A stretch of DNA of 39,985 nucleotides from a virus (Duplodnaviria; Heunggongvirae; Uroviricota; Caudoviricetes), in the IMG/VR virus record IMGVR_UViG_2925939204_000007, positions 1 to 39,985 of that record; one strand, 5' to 3'. The first letter of the stretch is position 1; each line of letters starts with the position of its first letter. The notes beneath the pieces are model-generated. The model saw only the letters and a list, made by a program, of their open reading frames with translations, made no database searches and was not told the DNA's origin. Shown piece after piece: positions 8,279 through 18,868 of this stretch. Position numbers and translations under genes: made by a program.

Positions 8279-8881
8279 TCATCCCCCGAATGCTGATGTA
8301 ACGCTTCCGCCCAGCTGGCTCAGCAAGGATTCGTTTGGCGGTGTAGTGGATTTCATCCCGGAATTCTGCACCGCCGATGTGCTGACGCCATCCTGCATAT
8401 CTGATTTATCTGCAACGCTAACGCTCTGCGTCTGCGACATGATCACTTCACGCAGGGTAAGCGTGCAGTTCAGCACGTTCTCGCTGGTTTTATCCGTTGT
8501 CACCTCGATGGCTCGCACCAGCATATTGCTGTAAACCCGCTTTCCGGTCACTACATCGAACGGCACCCGAGAGGACTGGAGATCCAGTAGTTGCTGATAG
8601 GTCTCTTTCGGGCTAAGTCCGGCGCTGAGGCCGATTGACGATGTATCAATGAAGTCCAGCAACGAACCGCCACCTGCGAAGCCGCATTCCATCGTGACTT
8701 CGCTGGGGCGCTTATACGCATGATCGGCGATGAAACCCGACGCGCTATTCGTTGTTGGCTTCTCCACCGGGTGCTCAGTAATTTCGAGCGCATCAGAATG
8801 CTTTTCGGAAACGACCACGCTGGGGATCAGCAGGCCAATTCGCCGGGATTGCTGGCGAAAAATCGCTGATAAAATATCCAT
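8279..8881 (-). CDS. Tail protein immediately after the tape measure, function unassigned
   Basis: 200 aa; start overlaps the tape-measure stop (TAATG). Confidence 0.4.
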   Translation of the reverse strand: MDILSAIFRQQSRRIGLLIPSVVVSEKHSDALEITEHPVEKPTTNSASGFIADHAYKRPSEVTMECGFAGGGSLLDFIDTSSIGLSAGLSPKETYQQLLDLQSSRVPFDVVTGKRVYSNMLVRAIEVTTDKTSENVLNCTLTLREVIMSQTQSVSVADKSDMQDGVSTSAVQNSGMKSTTPPNESLLSQLGGSVTSAFGG

Positions 8882-10896
8882 TATCTCGGTCCTGCGGGGA
8901 GTTGCTGGGTTAACTGTGAATTCACGCCCTTTTGACGGTCAACAGTCAAACGGGCAGCCTCGCGCGGATCGGAAACGCCGTGGATGTTAATGTTCGTTTC
9001 CTGCTGAATCACCGGGGCGCTGGTGGGCATATTGCTCATCACTTTCGGAATGTAGTTGCGCGTTTCCTGCGGCATTAGCCCCATTCCATAACGCTTAACA
9101 TTCCCGATCCCCCAGTTATATGATGCCAGTGCTTTGCTAAGGTCTCCGCCGTTCTGCCGCAACAGCTGGCTGAGGTACTTAGCGGCTGCCTGAGCTGACT
9201 TTTCCGGGTCGAATACATCATTCCCACGCAGGCCCATGTCGCGCGCCGTGCCATCCATAAACTGAAACAGTCCTTTCGCGCCTGCGCCGGATATGGCGAA
9301 CTGGTTACCGCCCGATTCCGTTATGGCCACGCTGCGCAATAACCCCTCCGGAAGCCGGTAGAGCTGTTCCAGGTTGGTAAACATCGGCTGCATCCATCCC
9401 AGCAGTTCAGAGCCTGCTTTGGTTGGCTGTGGCCGCTTAACTGACTGGCCGAGCTGTTCAGGCTCATCATCACCGAACCAGCCGCGCACCGTTCGGCCCA
9501 CGCTGCGAGGATCGAATCCCCAGTGCTCTTTAATCCAGTCGGCGGTACCGTTGGCGCTGTCTGTTACCATCGGCATCGCTGACGGATTTTCGCTGCCCTG
9601 ATTAAGCATCTGTTTGCCGATGCTGGCGGCATCAGCCCAGCGGCCATCTTTAATGGCGTTGAGCAGGTCGGCGATCATGTTCAGCATTTTGCTGAACTCA
9701 CCCATCTGGTCAATGAAGTTGCTAAAATCCCACTTTAGGGACCATGACTTGGGGTCAATACCGAGCAACTTAGCCAGCGCTTTTGTCAGGTCCGTAACAG
9801 TCTTTTTCAGGTCACCAATCATTTTGACGGCCTGATCAATTTCAGTCTTCCATTTCCCCCAGTCAATCAGGCTTTTGCCACCTTCTTTCCACGTCTGGTA
9901 ATCATCCAAGAGCAGACCAAGTGCAATAATAAGCGTCGTTATCATGCCCAAGGGTGATGACATGAAAGCGGTATTTAGCAGCCGCCATGCAACCAACAGC
10001 CCACTGAACAATGCGATAAGCTGCTGCGTGGCTGGGTTCAGCTTTTTGAACCAGGCGATCACACCCTCAACAGCTTGCCCAGTTCGCCATAACACGCGGG
10101 TAATCGCGTCACCTGCCCAGAGAATTCCTTTGATGATCTTCGTTATGACCGCTTCAATCTTCGGCCAGTTGTCGAGTATCTGCCTGCGGAAGTTATCAAT
10201 ACTGCCAGCAAGGCCACCAGCTAGGTTAGAGCCAATCTTGTCTTTCGCCTGTCCAAGCGTCATCGTCAGATTACGCATGGAGGTCATGAAAATATTGGAC
10301 TGTTTAGCCGCTGACTCAGCATTAAAACCAATACGCTTTGCCGTCAACGCGTACTCAGAACTGAGCTGCCCCATCCCTCTGCGCATCGCCATCAGCGTGT
10401 TTTCATCGATGCCAAGCATCTGCGCGTATTGTTTCGCGCGGTAATACGGCATGTTGTTGAGCTTTTGCCCAACGCCAGTAAAGATGGCCGCAGTATCACG
10501 CATCTTTCCGCTGGCATCGCGGGTCTGTACGCCCAGACGGTTCAGGAACCCTTCCGCCCCCGGATTGCTACGCATGAAACCAGCCAACCCTTCAAGAGAG
10601 GACATGGCCGACTCGGCGCTGGCACCGGTTTGCGATGCGGCATAGCCCAGCGCTTTGATGCCCTGGACGCTGGCCCCCGTCCGCTGGGATGCCCAGTAAA
10701 TTTTATCCAGACCATTCGCGATCTGGGTGGTAAATCCGACAATGCTAAGCGCTGAGCCTTTCACCACCGCGCCGACCTTCAGAACGTTCGCGGTAACGCC
10801 TTTCAGCACGGCTTCAAACTTATTAGCGCCAGCCTGATCGATATCGAATCCCAGCGAAACAAGGAAATCTTTAATCGTATCTGCGTTACCGCTCAT
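8881..10896 (-). CDS. Tail tape measure protein with C-terminal lytic transglycosylase (SLT) domain
   Basis: 671 aa; hydrophobic central segment; SLT-like region (...ESGGNQFAISGAGAKGLFQFMDGTARDMGL...). Confidence 0.85.
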   Translation of the reverse strand: MSGNADTIKDFLVSLGFDIDQAGANKFEAVLKGVTANVLKVGAVVKGSALSIVGFTTQIANGLDKIYWASQRTGASVQGIKALGYAASQTGASAESAMSSLEGLAGFMRSNPGAEGFLNRLGVQTRDASGKMRDTAAIFTGVGQKLNNMPYYRAKQYAQMLGIDENTLMAMRRGMGQLSSEYALTAKRIGFNAESAAKQSNIFMTSMRNLTMTLGQAKDKIGSNLAGGLAGSIDNFRRQILDNWPKIEAVITKIIKGILWAGDAITRVLWRTGQAVEGVIAWFKKLNPATQQLIALFSGLLVAWRLLNTAFMSSPLGMITTLIIALGLLLDDYQTWKEGGKSLIDWGKWKTEIDQAVKMIGDLKKTVTDLTKALAKLLGIDPKSWSLKWDFSNFIDQMGEFSKMLNMIADLLNAIKDGRWADAASIGKQMLNQGSENPSAMPMVTDSANGTADWIKEHWGFDPRSVGRTVRGWFGDDEPEQLGQSVKRPQPTKAGSELLGWMQPMFTNLEQLYRLPEGLLRSVAITESGGNQFAISGAGAKGLFQFMDGTARDMGLRGNDVFDPEKSAQAAAKYLSQLLRQNGGDLSKALASYNWGIGNVKRYGMGLMPQETRNYIPKVMSNMPTSAPVIQQETNINIHGVSDPREAARLTVDRQKGVNSQLTQQLPAGPR

Positions 10897-11073
10897 TGGC
10901 CGCTCTCCATTTATCTACCCGGGCGTCGTTATCCTCGCGCATGTCGAGGTAGTCATTGAGAAGCGCGATACGGCAGAGGTCTACCGCACCGCTGTTAAGG
11001 TCTTTCTGGTCAATATGGAAGGCAAGCGCCGGACGAAGAATAAAGTCTTCACCGCCCGGCAGGCTGTTGAAGG

Positions 11074-11499
11074 TTATTCCGCTGGCGGGGTGGGCGTCTC
11101 GCTGGTAGGGAGTCCTTGCAAAAAATTTCCCAGAGAGTCGGCGACCACCCGCGCCACCAGTTGCAGCATGGTCAGCAGGTCGATATCGTCAAACGCCATT
11201 TCGCCATGCTGGCAGACCGGCACCCAGCCTTTCATGTGCTCGCGTGAAACAACGGAAAGGCAGGGGAACAGGATAGCGTCCACGTCGCCATCACTCAGAT
11301 CGGACACAGCATTGGCAATCTTTGGCAGGATGGTAGCCATCGCGCCTTCGGTGTCTTTGCTGCTGATCTTCTCCTGAACGCTCCGGAAGTCCGAAACCAT
11401 CCCGGCCAGAACCGGCAACAGCTTGCGGGACACCTTCAGCTGTTCGAAAACGCTGAGCTTTGCGGTGCGATATTTCACGCCTTTAATTTCGAATTCCAT
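11074..11499 (-). CDS. Tail assembly chaperone (gpG-like; frameshift-extended form would end at 10886)
   Basis: 141 aa between tail tube and tape measure; contains the slippery site. Confidence 0.6.
   Translation of the reverse strand: MEFEIKGVKYRTAKLSVFEQLKVSRKLLPVLAGMVSDFRSVQEKISSKDTEGAMATILPKIANAVSDLSDGDVDAILFPCLSVVSREHMKGWVPVCQHGEMAFDDIDLLTMLQLVARVVADSLGNFLQGLPTSETPTPPAE
11122..11128 (-). other. Programmed -1 ribosomal frameshift slippery heptamer A_AAT_TTT in the tail assembly chaperone gene
   Basis: Heptamer is in X_XXY_YYZ phase at codons G124-N125-F126; the -1 frame is open for 81 codons to a TAA at 10886-10888, just past the tape-measure start (lambda G/GT-like). Confidence 0.6.
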
Positions 11500-11502
11500 G
11501 CG

Positions 11503-11943
11503 TTAAAACTCCCCGAGAAGCTGGTCAATCTTGCCGCAGTCGAATACCCAGGCGACGGTTCCGCCCTCTTTAGCGTTATTGAAATCAGGCTGTTTCTGGA
11601 ATGCACACGAACGCGCAGTAGAAATATCACCCGATGCCGTGTTGCGAATGACGATCACGTTATTGCCCCAGGTGGCAGAGGACTGGCTTTGCGCGTTATA
11701 CGCCAGAGACAGCTTTTTATTCACCGGGGAGGTTTTGAGTAGCGTCACCGTAATGGTGCCTGACTTATCGGCGTGCAGGCTGTGCATCACCTCGCCATCG
11801 GCACCGATGGTCATGGTGTTTTTGTTGCCGCCCATGGTCTGGGTGATACCTTCCTCAGAGTTCGCAGAACCCTGACCAAGATCGATAACGCCGGTCGGCC
11901 CGGTGAGCGACGCGGTTACATCGAGAAAAGAATAAGTTGCCAT
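11503..11943 (-). CDS. Tail tube protein
   Basis: 146 aa directly downstream of the sheath gene. Confidence 0.6.
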   Translation of the reverse strand: MATYSFLDVTASLTGPTGVIDLGQGSANSEEGITQTMGGNKNTMTIGADGEVMHSLHADKSGTITVTLLKTSPVNKKLSLAYNAQSQSSATWGNNVIVIRNTASGDISTARSCAFQKQPDFNNAKEGGTVAWVFDCGKIDQLLGEF

Positions 11944-11953
11944 TTATCGCTCC

Positions 11954-13114
11954 TTAGCGAACCACGTTGATCTGCACATCGGCATAATGAACTGCGCCAG
12001 CCAGCTTACAGGCCACCTGGATTAACGGTGCTTTGCGCGCTTCGCGGTCGGCCTGCGCCTGTTCGGACAGCGGTTGCGCATACACGTAATAGCCTTTGGT
12101 CAGCGTATCGCCGGAATTCAGCTGTCCGATAGGGCCACCATTCCACACGCCAGCAGCTACCAGACCGTTCGTGACGGACTGATCCATGGACTGTTCAACG
12201 TTGGAAAGCAGACGGGTCACACCGGCATCAGTCTGCGGAATTTTGGTGGTGCTGGTGTAAAGCAGGTTATAGAGGTTGGTCTGAACGTAGTTCTGCAACC
12301 AGTCGAGCCCGTGGCGCTCGTCGAAGAAGTCACCGTTCGCCATGACACCCTGTTGCAGGATCGCCGTGTCGTTGGCGTAGTACACGAACACGTTCGCATT
12401 CTTCGTATCCACCGCAGCCGCCTGGCCTACCGTCAACGTTTCGTAGGTTACGCTTGGTTCCTGTTTGAACTTCAGGGTAATGGTGGTATTGCTGCCGTTG
12501 AAATTGACAGTAAACGCACGACCGAAAGCAGAAACCGCTGCGTAAGGGCTGCTGGTGGAATACTGAATAAAGGTACGGGCATACTTGCCAGCCTTTAATT
12601 TCGACGCAACATCGGTCGTCGAAGTCGTGCTGATAATCTCGGCGTCGGCAGAGGTCACACCAAAGATACGGCTAAGGCTGGACGCTTCAATAAGTTTGGC
12701 GACCTCAATCACGTCATCAGCATCAAGCACATCGCCACCAGCGACAACATCATCAGCGACAACCAGCCCATACCAGTTGGTATATTGCAGGCAGGCATTA
12801 ACGGCTTGCACGATAGTTTCAGTATCTCCACTCTCGGAAGAACTCAGCGTCTTCGCCCAGCGACCAACATAAACCTGTGTCGGCTTCGGTGACTGGCTGA
12901 AGAAAACCTGCGCTGCTTTATATTCCGGGCTGTCGACACCGAAGTCTTCGCCAATGTCCTCAACGGAAGCATATAGGCGAGTACGTTCTGTCACCGGAAT
13001 GACAGTGGAAGAGCCAAGGATTAGCAATGCGCCGAAGTTACGACCAGTAGCCGCTTTCGGCGAGATGATCACATCAACGTTTACAACTTTGGATACAGGT
13101 AAGCCCTGCGTCAT
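11954..13114 (-). CDS. Contractile tail sheath protein
   Basis: 386 aa; position upstream of tube/chaperone/tape measure. Confidence 0.7.
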   Translation of the reverse strand: MTQGLPVSKVVNVDVIISPKAATGRNFGALLILGSSTVIPVTERTRLYASVEDIGEDFGVDSPEYKAAQVFFSQSPKPTQVYVGRWAKTLSSSESGDTETIVQAVNACLQYTNWYGLVVADDVVAGGDVLDADDVIEVAKLIEASSLSRIFGVTSADAEIISTTSTTDVASKLKAGKYARTFIQYSTSSPYAAVSAFGRAFTVNFNGSNTTITLKFKQEPSVTYETLTVGQAAAVDTKNANVFVYYANDTAILQQGVMANGDFFDERHGLDWLQNYVQTNLYNLLYTSTTKIPQTDAGVTRLLSNVEQSMDQSVTNGLVAAGVWNGGPIGQLNSGDTLTKGYYVYAQPLSEQAQADREARKAPLIQVACKLAGAVHYADVQINVVR

Positions 13115-13117
13115 AGT

Positions 13118-13681
13118 TTATTCTCCAAAAAAGGTGACTGGCGCTTCCACCAGCGATTTAATACCGTACTCGCGCACAACCTTCCGGCGCAGGCGCACCG
13201 TCATGTCGTAGCGGCGAACCCATTGCTGGTTGATAAGTTCGGGGAAAGGGGTCAGACCGGTATAGTCGCCCAGAGACAAACCAAGCGCGTTCAGCTCAGC
13301 ATTGTTTTGCGGGACAGATATGCCATCGCGAAAACGGGACGCATAAGACATACCAGCCGGGCCATAGAACGACGCCATGCACTCGAACGTTTCATGCCGC
13401 CAGAGCTGAGCGCCCTCGTCGGTCTGATTGGTGAATGCAGGGTTGTTATCAATGAGCAACCCGGTAATGCCAAACGCGCACCAGTTCGTTTCAACGGGTG
13501 GCAGTGGCGGCTGATTTTTCTGCCAGCGCGGACGAACCATTCCAGACGGCAAGCCGGAAACATTGCGCATCCACTGGCTTAGCAGCCTGTCGAGCGCTTC
13601 GTCATAAGCCGGATCGCCGCTGGTGGGTGTCAGCCAGCCGCGCTCTGTGCTGGTGTTATTGCTCAATGGGAGTTCCCCCAT
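13118..13681 (-). CDS. Neck / tail completion protein (putative)
   Basis: Start placed at the internal ATG 13681 to limit overlap with the upstream gene; position between head and sheath genes. Confidence 0.4.
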   Translation of the reverse strand: MGELPLSNNTSTERGWLTPTSGDPAYDEALDRLLSQWMRNVSGLPSGMVRPRWQKNQPPLPPVETNWCAFGITGLLIDNNPAFTNQTDEGAQLWRHETFECMASFYGPAGMSYASRFRDGISVPQNNAELNALGLSLGDYTGLTPFPELINQQWVRRYDMTVRLRRKVVREYGIKSLVEAPVTFFGE

Positions 13682-14045
13682 CAAACGGCAGTAATTCACA
13701 ATGAGCCTGGACGAAGCCAGCACCGTAAGCCGTATACGGGTCGACGAATGTCACGCGATAATCACGGTTCTGATACGTCACGATATCGGCATCACGGCCA
13801 GTCTGCCCCTGCGTCAGCCGCTCAGTTGTCACGATGAGAATCGCGCCGCTGATAACCTGCCCGGCCTGCATGCGGCGGTTTTCCAGGGAGCGGTCAACAG
13901 TAACAACCCCGGCAAACTGCGTTTTAACTTCGCTGTCGCTGCCGATCCCGTCCTCGTCCACCGTTTGCGCGCGACGCGTTACCCACAGGTTGAAGTCGCA
14001 AAAATCGGGGTCAAAAAGTACGTCCGTCACATCAAGAGTCGGCAT
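13656..14045 (-). CDS. Head-tail joining protein (putative)
   Basis: 129 aa; overlapping start/stop with neighbours in the morphogenesis operon. Confidence 0.4.
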   Translation of the reverse strand: MPTLDVTDVLFDPDFCDFNLWVTRRAQTVDEDGIGSDSEVKTQFAGVVTVDRSLENRRMQAGQVISGAILIVTTERLTQGQTGRDADIVTYQNRDYRVTFVDPYTAYGAGFVQAHCELLPFDGGTPIEQ

Positions 14046-14586
14046 CTTTATCCCTCACAACATGGGTAATGGCTCTGCGATATTGCCCGGTGTCAATTAG
14101 CGGTTTCACCAGGTCGGTTCCGGGAGACTCGCCAGCAGCGCGCCGCGCAAGTTCCGCTTTTGCCCCTTTGCGGCCACGGCGTGCACGGGCTTCAACGGTG
14201 CTATCAGCAAGCGGTGTAAAGCCGGTAATGGTCATGTAACGCCTGACGCCATTGGCGGCCAGCGTTCCGGCGCGGTTTAGCGCTCTTTCTGCACCCGCCG
14301 CATTACCATCAAGCGCAGCCTGCGCCGCTGCTTTAAGCTGCGGCACTGTCTGTTCCTCTACCGATTTAACGCCGGGGATCAGGTGCGGGCGTGGGGGGAT
14401 ATTTTGCGCCGGTGAGCCGTATTCATTGACGTAGCCGATCCCCGCATTACCAAACGGAACATCCTCACGCTCGCTGTCTTCTTCCGGGATGCCCACCAGC
14501 ACATCCTTTTTGGTTAGCGACCGTAGCGCATCCAGAATGGCCTGAGCGTTATCCACCCTCGTTGTTACACCACTTTTGAAACTCAT
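14032..14586 (-). CDS. Head-tail connector / virion morphogenesis protein (putative)
   Basis: 184 aa; ATGA overlap with the upstream gene. Confidence 0.4.
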   Translation of the reverse strand: MSFKSGVTTRVDNAQAILDALRSLTKKDVLVGIPEEDSEREDVPFGNAGIGYVNEYGSPAQNIPPRPHLIPGVKSVEEQTVPQLKAAAQAALDGNAAGAERALNRAGTLAANGVRRYMTITGFTPLADSTVEARARRGRKGAKAELARRAAGESPGTDLVKPLIDTGQYRRAITHVVRDKDADS

Positions 14587-14990
14587 AGCTGGCGACCGCC
14601 CGCACCGAACATCGTGATCAGCTGATAAAATTCAGCGCCATATCGGGTGTTATTCCAGAAGCCTGCGTCAGGGTTTAGCGTCGCGCTGGTGTCATAGCTG
14701 ACGCTTACCTTGTCAACGGACTTGGAGGACTGAACACCATTGGTTGAGCCACCCGGGCCGCCGACGAGCATTGCCCGGCTATCTGCCGCCCAGAGCGTCA
14801 TGTAGTGAGCCACGAACAACTCGACAAAGTACGGAAACAACTCTTTGCCGGTGACGTTTTCGCTCAGCAGCACATCAGCCAGATTCAGACGAAACTGGAT
14901 TTGTGCTTCGGGATATTTGGCAGGGTCAGCAAACTGTGGAAAGTCGCGCCGAAAATCACTTACTGTTGGCAGGCTTTGATTCTTTGGCAT
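14583..14990 (-). CDS. Head completion protein (putative)
   Basis: Start placed at ATG 14990 (the ORF-track extension would overlap the upstream gene extensively). Confidence 0.4.
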   Translation of the reverse strand: MPKNQSLPTVSDFRRDFPQFADPAKYPEAQIQFRLNLADVLLSENVTGKELFPYFVELFVAHYMTLWAADSRAMLVGGPGGSTNGVQSSKSVDKVSVSYDTSATLNPDAGFWNNTRYGAEFYQLITMFGAGGRQL

Positions 14991-15345
14991 CTTTCGCCCC
15001 ATTACCGCCAGTCTGGGCGGCAGCAATCTGCGCTTGCAGGCTGTCGTTCTGCTCTTGCAGCTTGAGCAGCGCTTCTCGCAGATCGGCAATCAACTGATCT
15101 TTATCGATAATCTGCTTATCTTTGTCGGCAATCTGAGCTTGCAGGCTGTCGATAATGGGTTGCAGATCATCGGTGTCGCTAATCACGCTTTCGGAAAGCT
15201 CGGAGTGCGCCTGGGTGAACCAGTGCGACGCGACCTCTTCCGGTACGTTATGCCGTCCCCGGCCAAACTCCCTTTTTGACTGATCGCCGAGCGTCAGCGT
15301 AAACGGGGTGTGAACATGGATGGTAACCAGCTTTTCTTTCGCCAT
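14956..15345 (-). CDS. Coiled-coil protein in head module, unknown function
   Basis: 129 aa; heptad-like region [46 protein letters not shown]. Confidence 0.45.
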   Translation of the reverse strand: MAKEKLVTIHVHTPFTLTLGDQSKREFGRGRHNVPEEVASHWFTQAHSELSESVISDTDDLQPIIDSLQAQIADKDKQIIDKDQLIADLREALLKLQEQNDSLQAQIAAAQTGGNGAKDAKESKPANSK

Positions 15346-15386
15346 TTTCAGTTCCCTTCTGGCCCCTTTCGGGGCCGTTCTGGTTA

Positions 15387-16328
15387 TCAGATACCGTCCA
15401 CGTAGGACAGGGTTTCTTTGTACACTGGCTCAACCGCACCGAGCTTGCCGTAGTAGGTCGCAATCTGATACAGACCGCGATACTGGACAGGAACGCTCTG
15501 CAACGGCACCAGCGGATAGCGCACGTATTTCTTGTCGTTGGTGTAGGCGATCATACGGTCTTTACCGCCAACCCCACGCCCTTTCAGCCATTTGACCGCT
15601 TTGATTTCAAGCGGAACGCCGTTCTGGTGGAAAGCGATAGTGTTCACAGCCAGATAGGTCAGCAGTGACTGGTTACCCGCTTCGGAAACCTTACGGCTCG
15701 CCAGCAGTGAATACTGCTCTGGCGGAATGCGCAGATCAGAAGGCACGATGGAATAACCGGATGCTGCCCAGGCATTAGACAGAATGCTGTTCACGCTATC
15801 GAGGATCTCGTCGTTGGTTGAGTTCGCCCAGGTCTTCGGCGCGTTGTTCAGCGTCACACCGACGAGGTTTGCCAGACCTTTCAGGCCGAGTGCGTCATCA
15901 CCGATGTAAACCTGCTCGTCGTTGTCCATCTGCCATTTGAGCTGCATCCCGTCGTACTTCTGGGTATCAATCGGGCGGCCTACCTGCTGAGCAGCTGCCA
16001 GCTCTACAACGGTCCAGCCCAGTTCCATACCCCAGAGGTTCAGTGGATTGCCGTCTTTGCTGATATCCACGTTCACGCCAGCAATAGCGGTGGAGTCTTT
16101 GCCTACCCAGTTTTTACCATTCGGATTTGCACCAGTACCCGCAGCGGCGAAGCTGGTATTCGTCCAGCTGGAAATGTCATCTGCGATAGACACGTCTTCA
16201 CGCAGTTGAATATCTCGGGTCCAGGTGTACCCCACCAGAGGCAGGTTCAGCGTCTGGTCGAGTCGCTCCAGCTCCCCGATGAGAAAGGCACCGGAGCTAT
16301 CTACGGTTGCCTGATCAAAAGTAATCAT
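15387..16328 (-). CDS. Major capsid protein (putative)
   Basis: 313 aa; follows scaffold-like and small head genes; assignment by position and size. Confidence 0.55.
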   Translation of the reverse strand: MITFDQATVDSSGAFLIGELERLDQTLNLPLVGYTWTRDIQLREDVSIADDISSWTNTSFAAAGTGANPNGKNWVGKDSTAIAGVNVDISKDGNPLNLWGMELGWTVVELAAAQQVGRPIDTQKYDGMQLKWQMDNDEQVYIGDDALGLKGLANLVGVTLNNAPKTWANSTNDEILDSVNSILSNAWAASGYSIVPSDLRIPPEQYSLLASRKVSEAGNQSLLTYLAVNTIAFHQNGVPLEIKAVKWLKGRGVGGKDRMIAYTNDKKYVRYPLVPLQSVPVQYRGLYQIATYYGKLGAVEPVYKETLSYVDGI

Positions 16329-16339
16329 TTGTCTGTTCC

Positions 16340-16843
16340 TTAAATCTTCCAGGAGATTTCTACATTGCCGTTAGCGTCACCGGCCCCTGTGAATTCGGCG
16401 TTGGTCAGCGCCACGTTTTTGCCACTGACGGACGTGGACATGAAGCCGCCCAGCGGCACTTTTATGGATTCATCAGTGGAGACGACAACGTATACCGGGT
16501 CGCCTTTTTTGATGGTGCTGGCATCAAAATCAGAACCGAGATTAACGGTCATGTAGCCACGCTTCATGGCGTCACCCGGGAAGTTCTTATCCGTCCCCAC
16601 CTGGCGAACCATGTCTGGCTGCGATGTGGTCGGATACGGACGAACGTAGATCCCCTTCACCTTGTCGGCGGTGTCACCGTCCGCCAGCGGCACGAAAAAG
16701 CCGTCAGCGTCATATTTGCCAGCCAGACCATAGGCAGCGAAGGCGTTAGCGGATTTAAGGATCACCGGTTCGACGGTTAAGTCCTGCGGGCGAGAGATAG
16801 CCCCGGCAATGCCAACAGGCATCCGGTACAGATATGCAGTCAT
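16340..16843 (-). CDS. Head structural/decoration protein (putative)
   Basis: 167 aa between the scaffold-like gene and the capsid gene. Confidence 0.4.
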   Translation of the reverse strand: MTAYLYRMPVGIAGAISRPQDLTVEPVILKSANAFAAYGLAGKYDADGFFVPLADGDTADKVKGIYVRPYPTTSQPDMVRQVGTDKNFPGDAMKRGYMTVNLGSDFDASTIKKGDPVYVVVSTDESIKVPLGGFMSTSVSGKNVALTNAEFTGAGDANGNVEISWKI

Positions 16844-16847
16844 TGGA

Positions 16848-18080
16848 TTATCCTTTGCGGTTAGACCAGAAGTCGGCGTTTTGTTTGTTCAGGGAAGCGA
16901 TGCTGGTCATGCCCATATTTGGACGTTGTGCATCGCCCGTGGTGCTGCGGGTGTTTCGCCCTTTGGCAATCTCTGACACGGCGTTAAACGCCATATCGAC
17001 CGATTGCTTGGGCAATTTGCGGATATCTGCATCACCGACAACCTGGCGAACCAGTGTTTTGTCAGCGGCGGACAGCACATCACGTTTGAACGCGGTCGGT
17101 TTCACCTTACGGCTCAGATCGATACCCGGAACGATAACTTCGGCACGATAAGCAGCGTCACCGGTAATCGTGGTTTCCTCTTCGTCGTCCTCACCGTCGC
17201 CGGTAGGGTCTTTGTTATCTTTGCCGTCAGGCTTATCGTCGTTATCGCCCGTTGCAGTACCTTCCAGCTTAGCCAGCAGGGCTTTGAGCAAGGTTTTGAT
17301 ATCGTCCTCGCCGTCGCCGGTTGGCTCTCCGCCCATTTCCGGCTTTTTGTCCGGCAATGGTTGCTGCGGTGAAAGGTTAATGTTGAGGTTAACGCTGCTC
17401 GGCAGATCCCCTTCGTCACCCGTTACCGCCGCTGGCGCAGAGTCCAGCAGTTCGTTCATGGTGTCAGCGTCACCCGTTTTGATGGCCGTGCGCATGCGGG
17501 TCCACCAGCTTTTCTTTTGATTTGCCATTGTGTCTCTGTCTCCAATTGCACAACGATTTCCGGCTCTGCCTTTAGGGACAAGAGCCACATGGTTTCCGGT
17601 GATATCGACCTGCTCGGCTTTTCCGGGTTCGGTCTGCTCGTACTCAGCGTCATAGCCGCACGACACTTCGCGCAGACCATCTTCGATCAGCTGAATGGCG
17701 CTTTCGTCTTTGACGATAAGGTCAGCCAGCATCCAATCAGACTGATCACCTGTCCCGCGCCGAACGTTCTGAAGATGCCCGACCGCAAGCTCTTTCCAGT
17801 TCTCGGGGTTGACCAGCCGCACATTCCCGTTTTCATCTTCAGGATGCAGGATCGTGATGCTCATCCCTTCGAATGAGGCGAGCGTGGCCGGATGGAATAC
17901 CTGCTCAGGAGAACGCGTGACGACTATTTCACCGAACTTATCGGGTTTCAGTTTTGGCAGGTCATCAGCACCATAGAGCTGCTTACCTGTTCGTCCTATC
18001 GGCACGTCTTTGCACAGCAACGAGCCGTCAGCCAGCTGATAGCGGGTTTCCCCCAGCCGGGTATTGAAAAAATATTTCAT
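16848..18080 (-). CDS. Head scaffold/protease-like protein (putative)
   Basis: 410 aa; acidic low-complexity central region (GDGEDD..., DDEEE); position after the MuF-like gene. Confidence 0.5.
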   Translation of the reverse strand: MKYFFNTRLGETRYQLADGSLLCKDVPIGRTGKQLYGADDLPKLKPDKFGEIVVTRSPEQVFHPATLASFEGMSITILHPEDENGNVRLVNPENWKELAVGHLQNVRRGTGDQSDWMLADLIVKDESAIQLIEDGLREVSCGYDAEYEQTEPGKAEQVDITGNHVALVPKGRAGNRCAIGDRDTMANQKKSWWTRMRTAIKTGDADTMNELLDSAPAAVTGDEGDLPSSVNLNINLSPQQPLPDKKPEMGGEPTGDGEDDIKTLLKALLAKLEGTATGDNDDKPDGKDNKDPTGDGEDDEEETTITGDAAYRAEVIVPGIDLSRKVKPTAFKRDVLSAADKTLVRQVVGDADIRKLPKQSVDMAFNAVSEIAKGRNTRSTTGDAQRPNMGMTSIASLNKQNADFWSNRKG

Positions 18081-18094
18081 GGTTTACCTGCGAT

Positions 18095-18868
18095 TCAGGC
18101 GAGATAAGAATGAGGGTTGGGGAAGACGATTTCTTTGTAACAGCGGCAGTTCGGGAGCTCGCCAGCGTGACCGGTCATGCCGTCAAGCGTTGGAGGTCGG
18201 CCCCATTCGACAAACTTCCCTTCCATCTCTCGATGAGAATGCCGGACGTCGCCATCTTCGGCTGTACGCCAGATATAACCATTCGAGCCGATTGACAGCG
18301 CACGCGCCTGATCCAGTGCACCGGTTGCGCGCCCAAGCTCAGTCCGGGCGATAAGGTTCGCTCGTGAGCGTGACACGTCACCGGAAGCAGCTATCTCTTT
18401 CGCGAATGGCTCAGCGCGGCCACCAGTTACTACAGCCTCGATGGCCTTGTTCTGAATGTCATACACCCGATCGGCGGCCTCAAGAGGCAGAGATTTGATG
18501 TACTTAATTTGCTCGGCGACGATGGATTTCATCACCTGGCCTACCGGGGCGCGGTCGACCATGTTGCGTAGTTCTGCGCTGATGTTCCGACTGTGCTGAC
18601 GCCACTGCTTTTCATTCTGGCGCGCAATGTCGGCGGTGAAGCTCTCAGCAACCTTAGTCGCCCAGGGGGTGATGATTTCGCTGTAGCGCTCCAGCGCATC
18701 CATTATTTCGGTGACGCTATCGTTTGAACCATCGTAGCGACCATTTACGATATCCCCGACCGCCCGCGCTATCTGCCGTAGGCTCGTTCGATATCGGATC
18801 TCCGCCTGGCGACTCTGGCGGTTTGTCGCCAAGTTCGCCGATGCCTGGCGGCGCTTCGTCTTCGGCAT
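18095..18868 (-). CDS. Head morphogenesis protein, Mu F-like
   Basis: C-terminal HAGELPNCRCY motif typical of MuF/SPP1 gp7 family; start uncertain: ATG 18868 overlaps the portal by 152 nt, alternative ATG at 18703. Confidence 0.6.
   Translation of the reverse strand: MPKTKRRQASANLATNRQSRQAEIRYRTSLRQIARAVGDIVNGRYDGSNDSVTEIMDALERYSEIITPWATKVAESFTADIARQNEKQWRQHSRNISAELRNMVDRAPVGQVMKSIVAEQIKYIKSLPLEAADRVYDIQNKAIEAVVTGGRAEPFAKEIAASGDVSRSRANLIARTELGRATGALDQARALSIGSNGYIWRTAEDGDVRHSHREMEGKFVEWGRPPTLDGMTGHAGELPNCRCYKEIVFPNPHSYLA

Noticed and set aside
14956-15345. Coiled-coil protein in the head module as a possible non-structural cargo gene
   Set aside because: Composition matches neighbouring structural genes and it is tightly embedded in the head operon; more likely a scaffold, decoration or assembly protein than accessory cargo.
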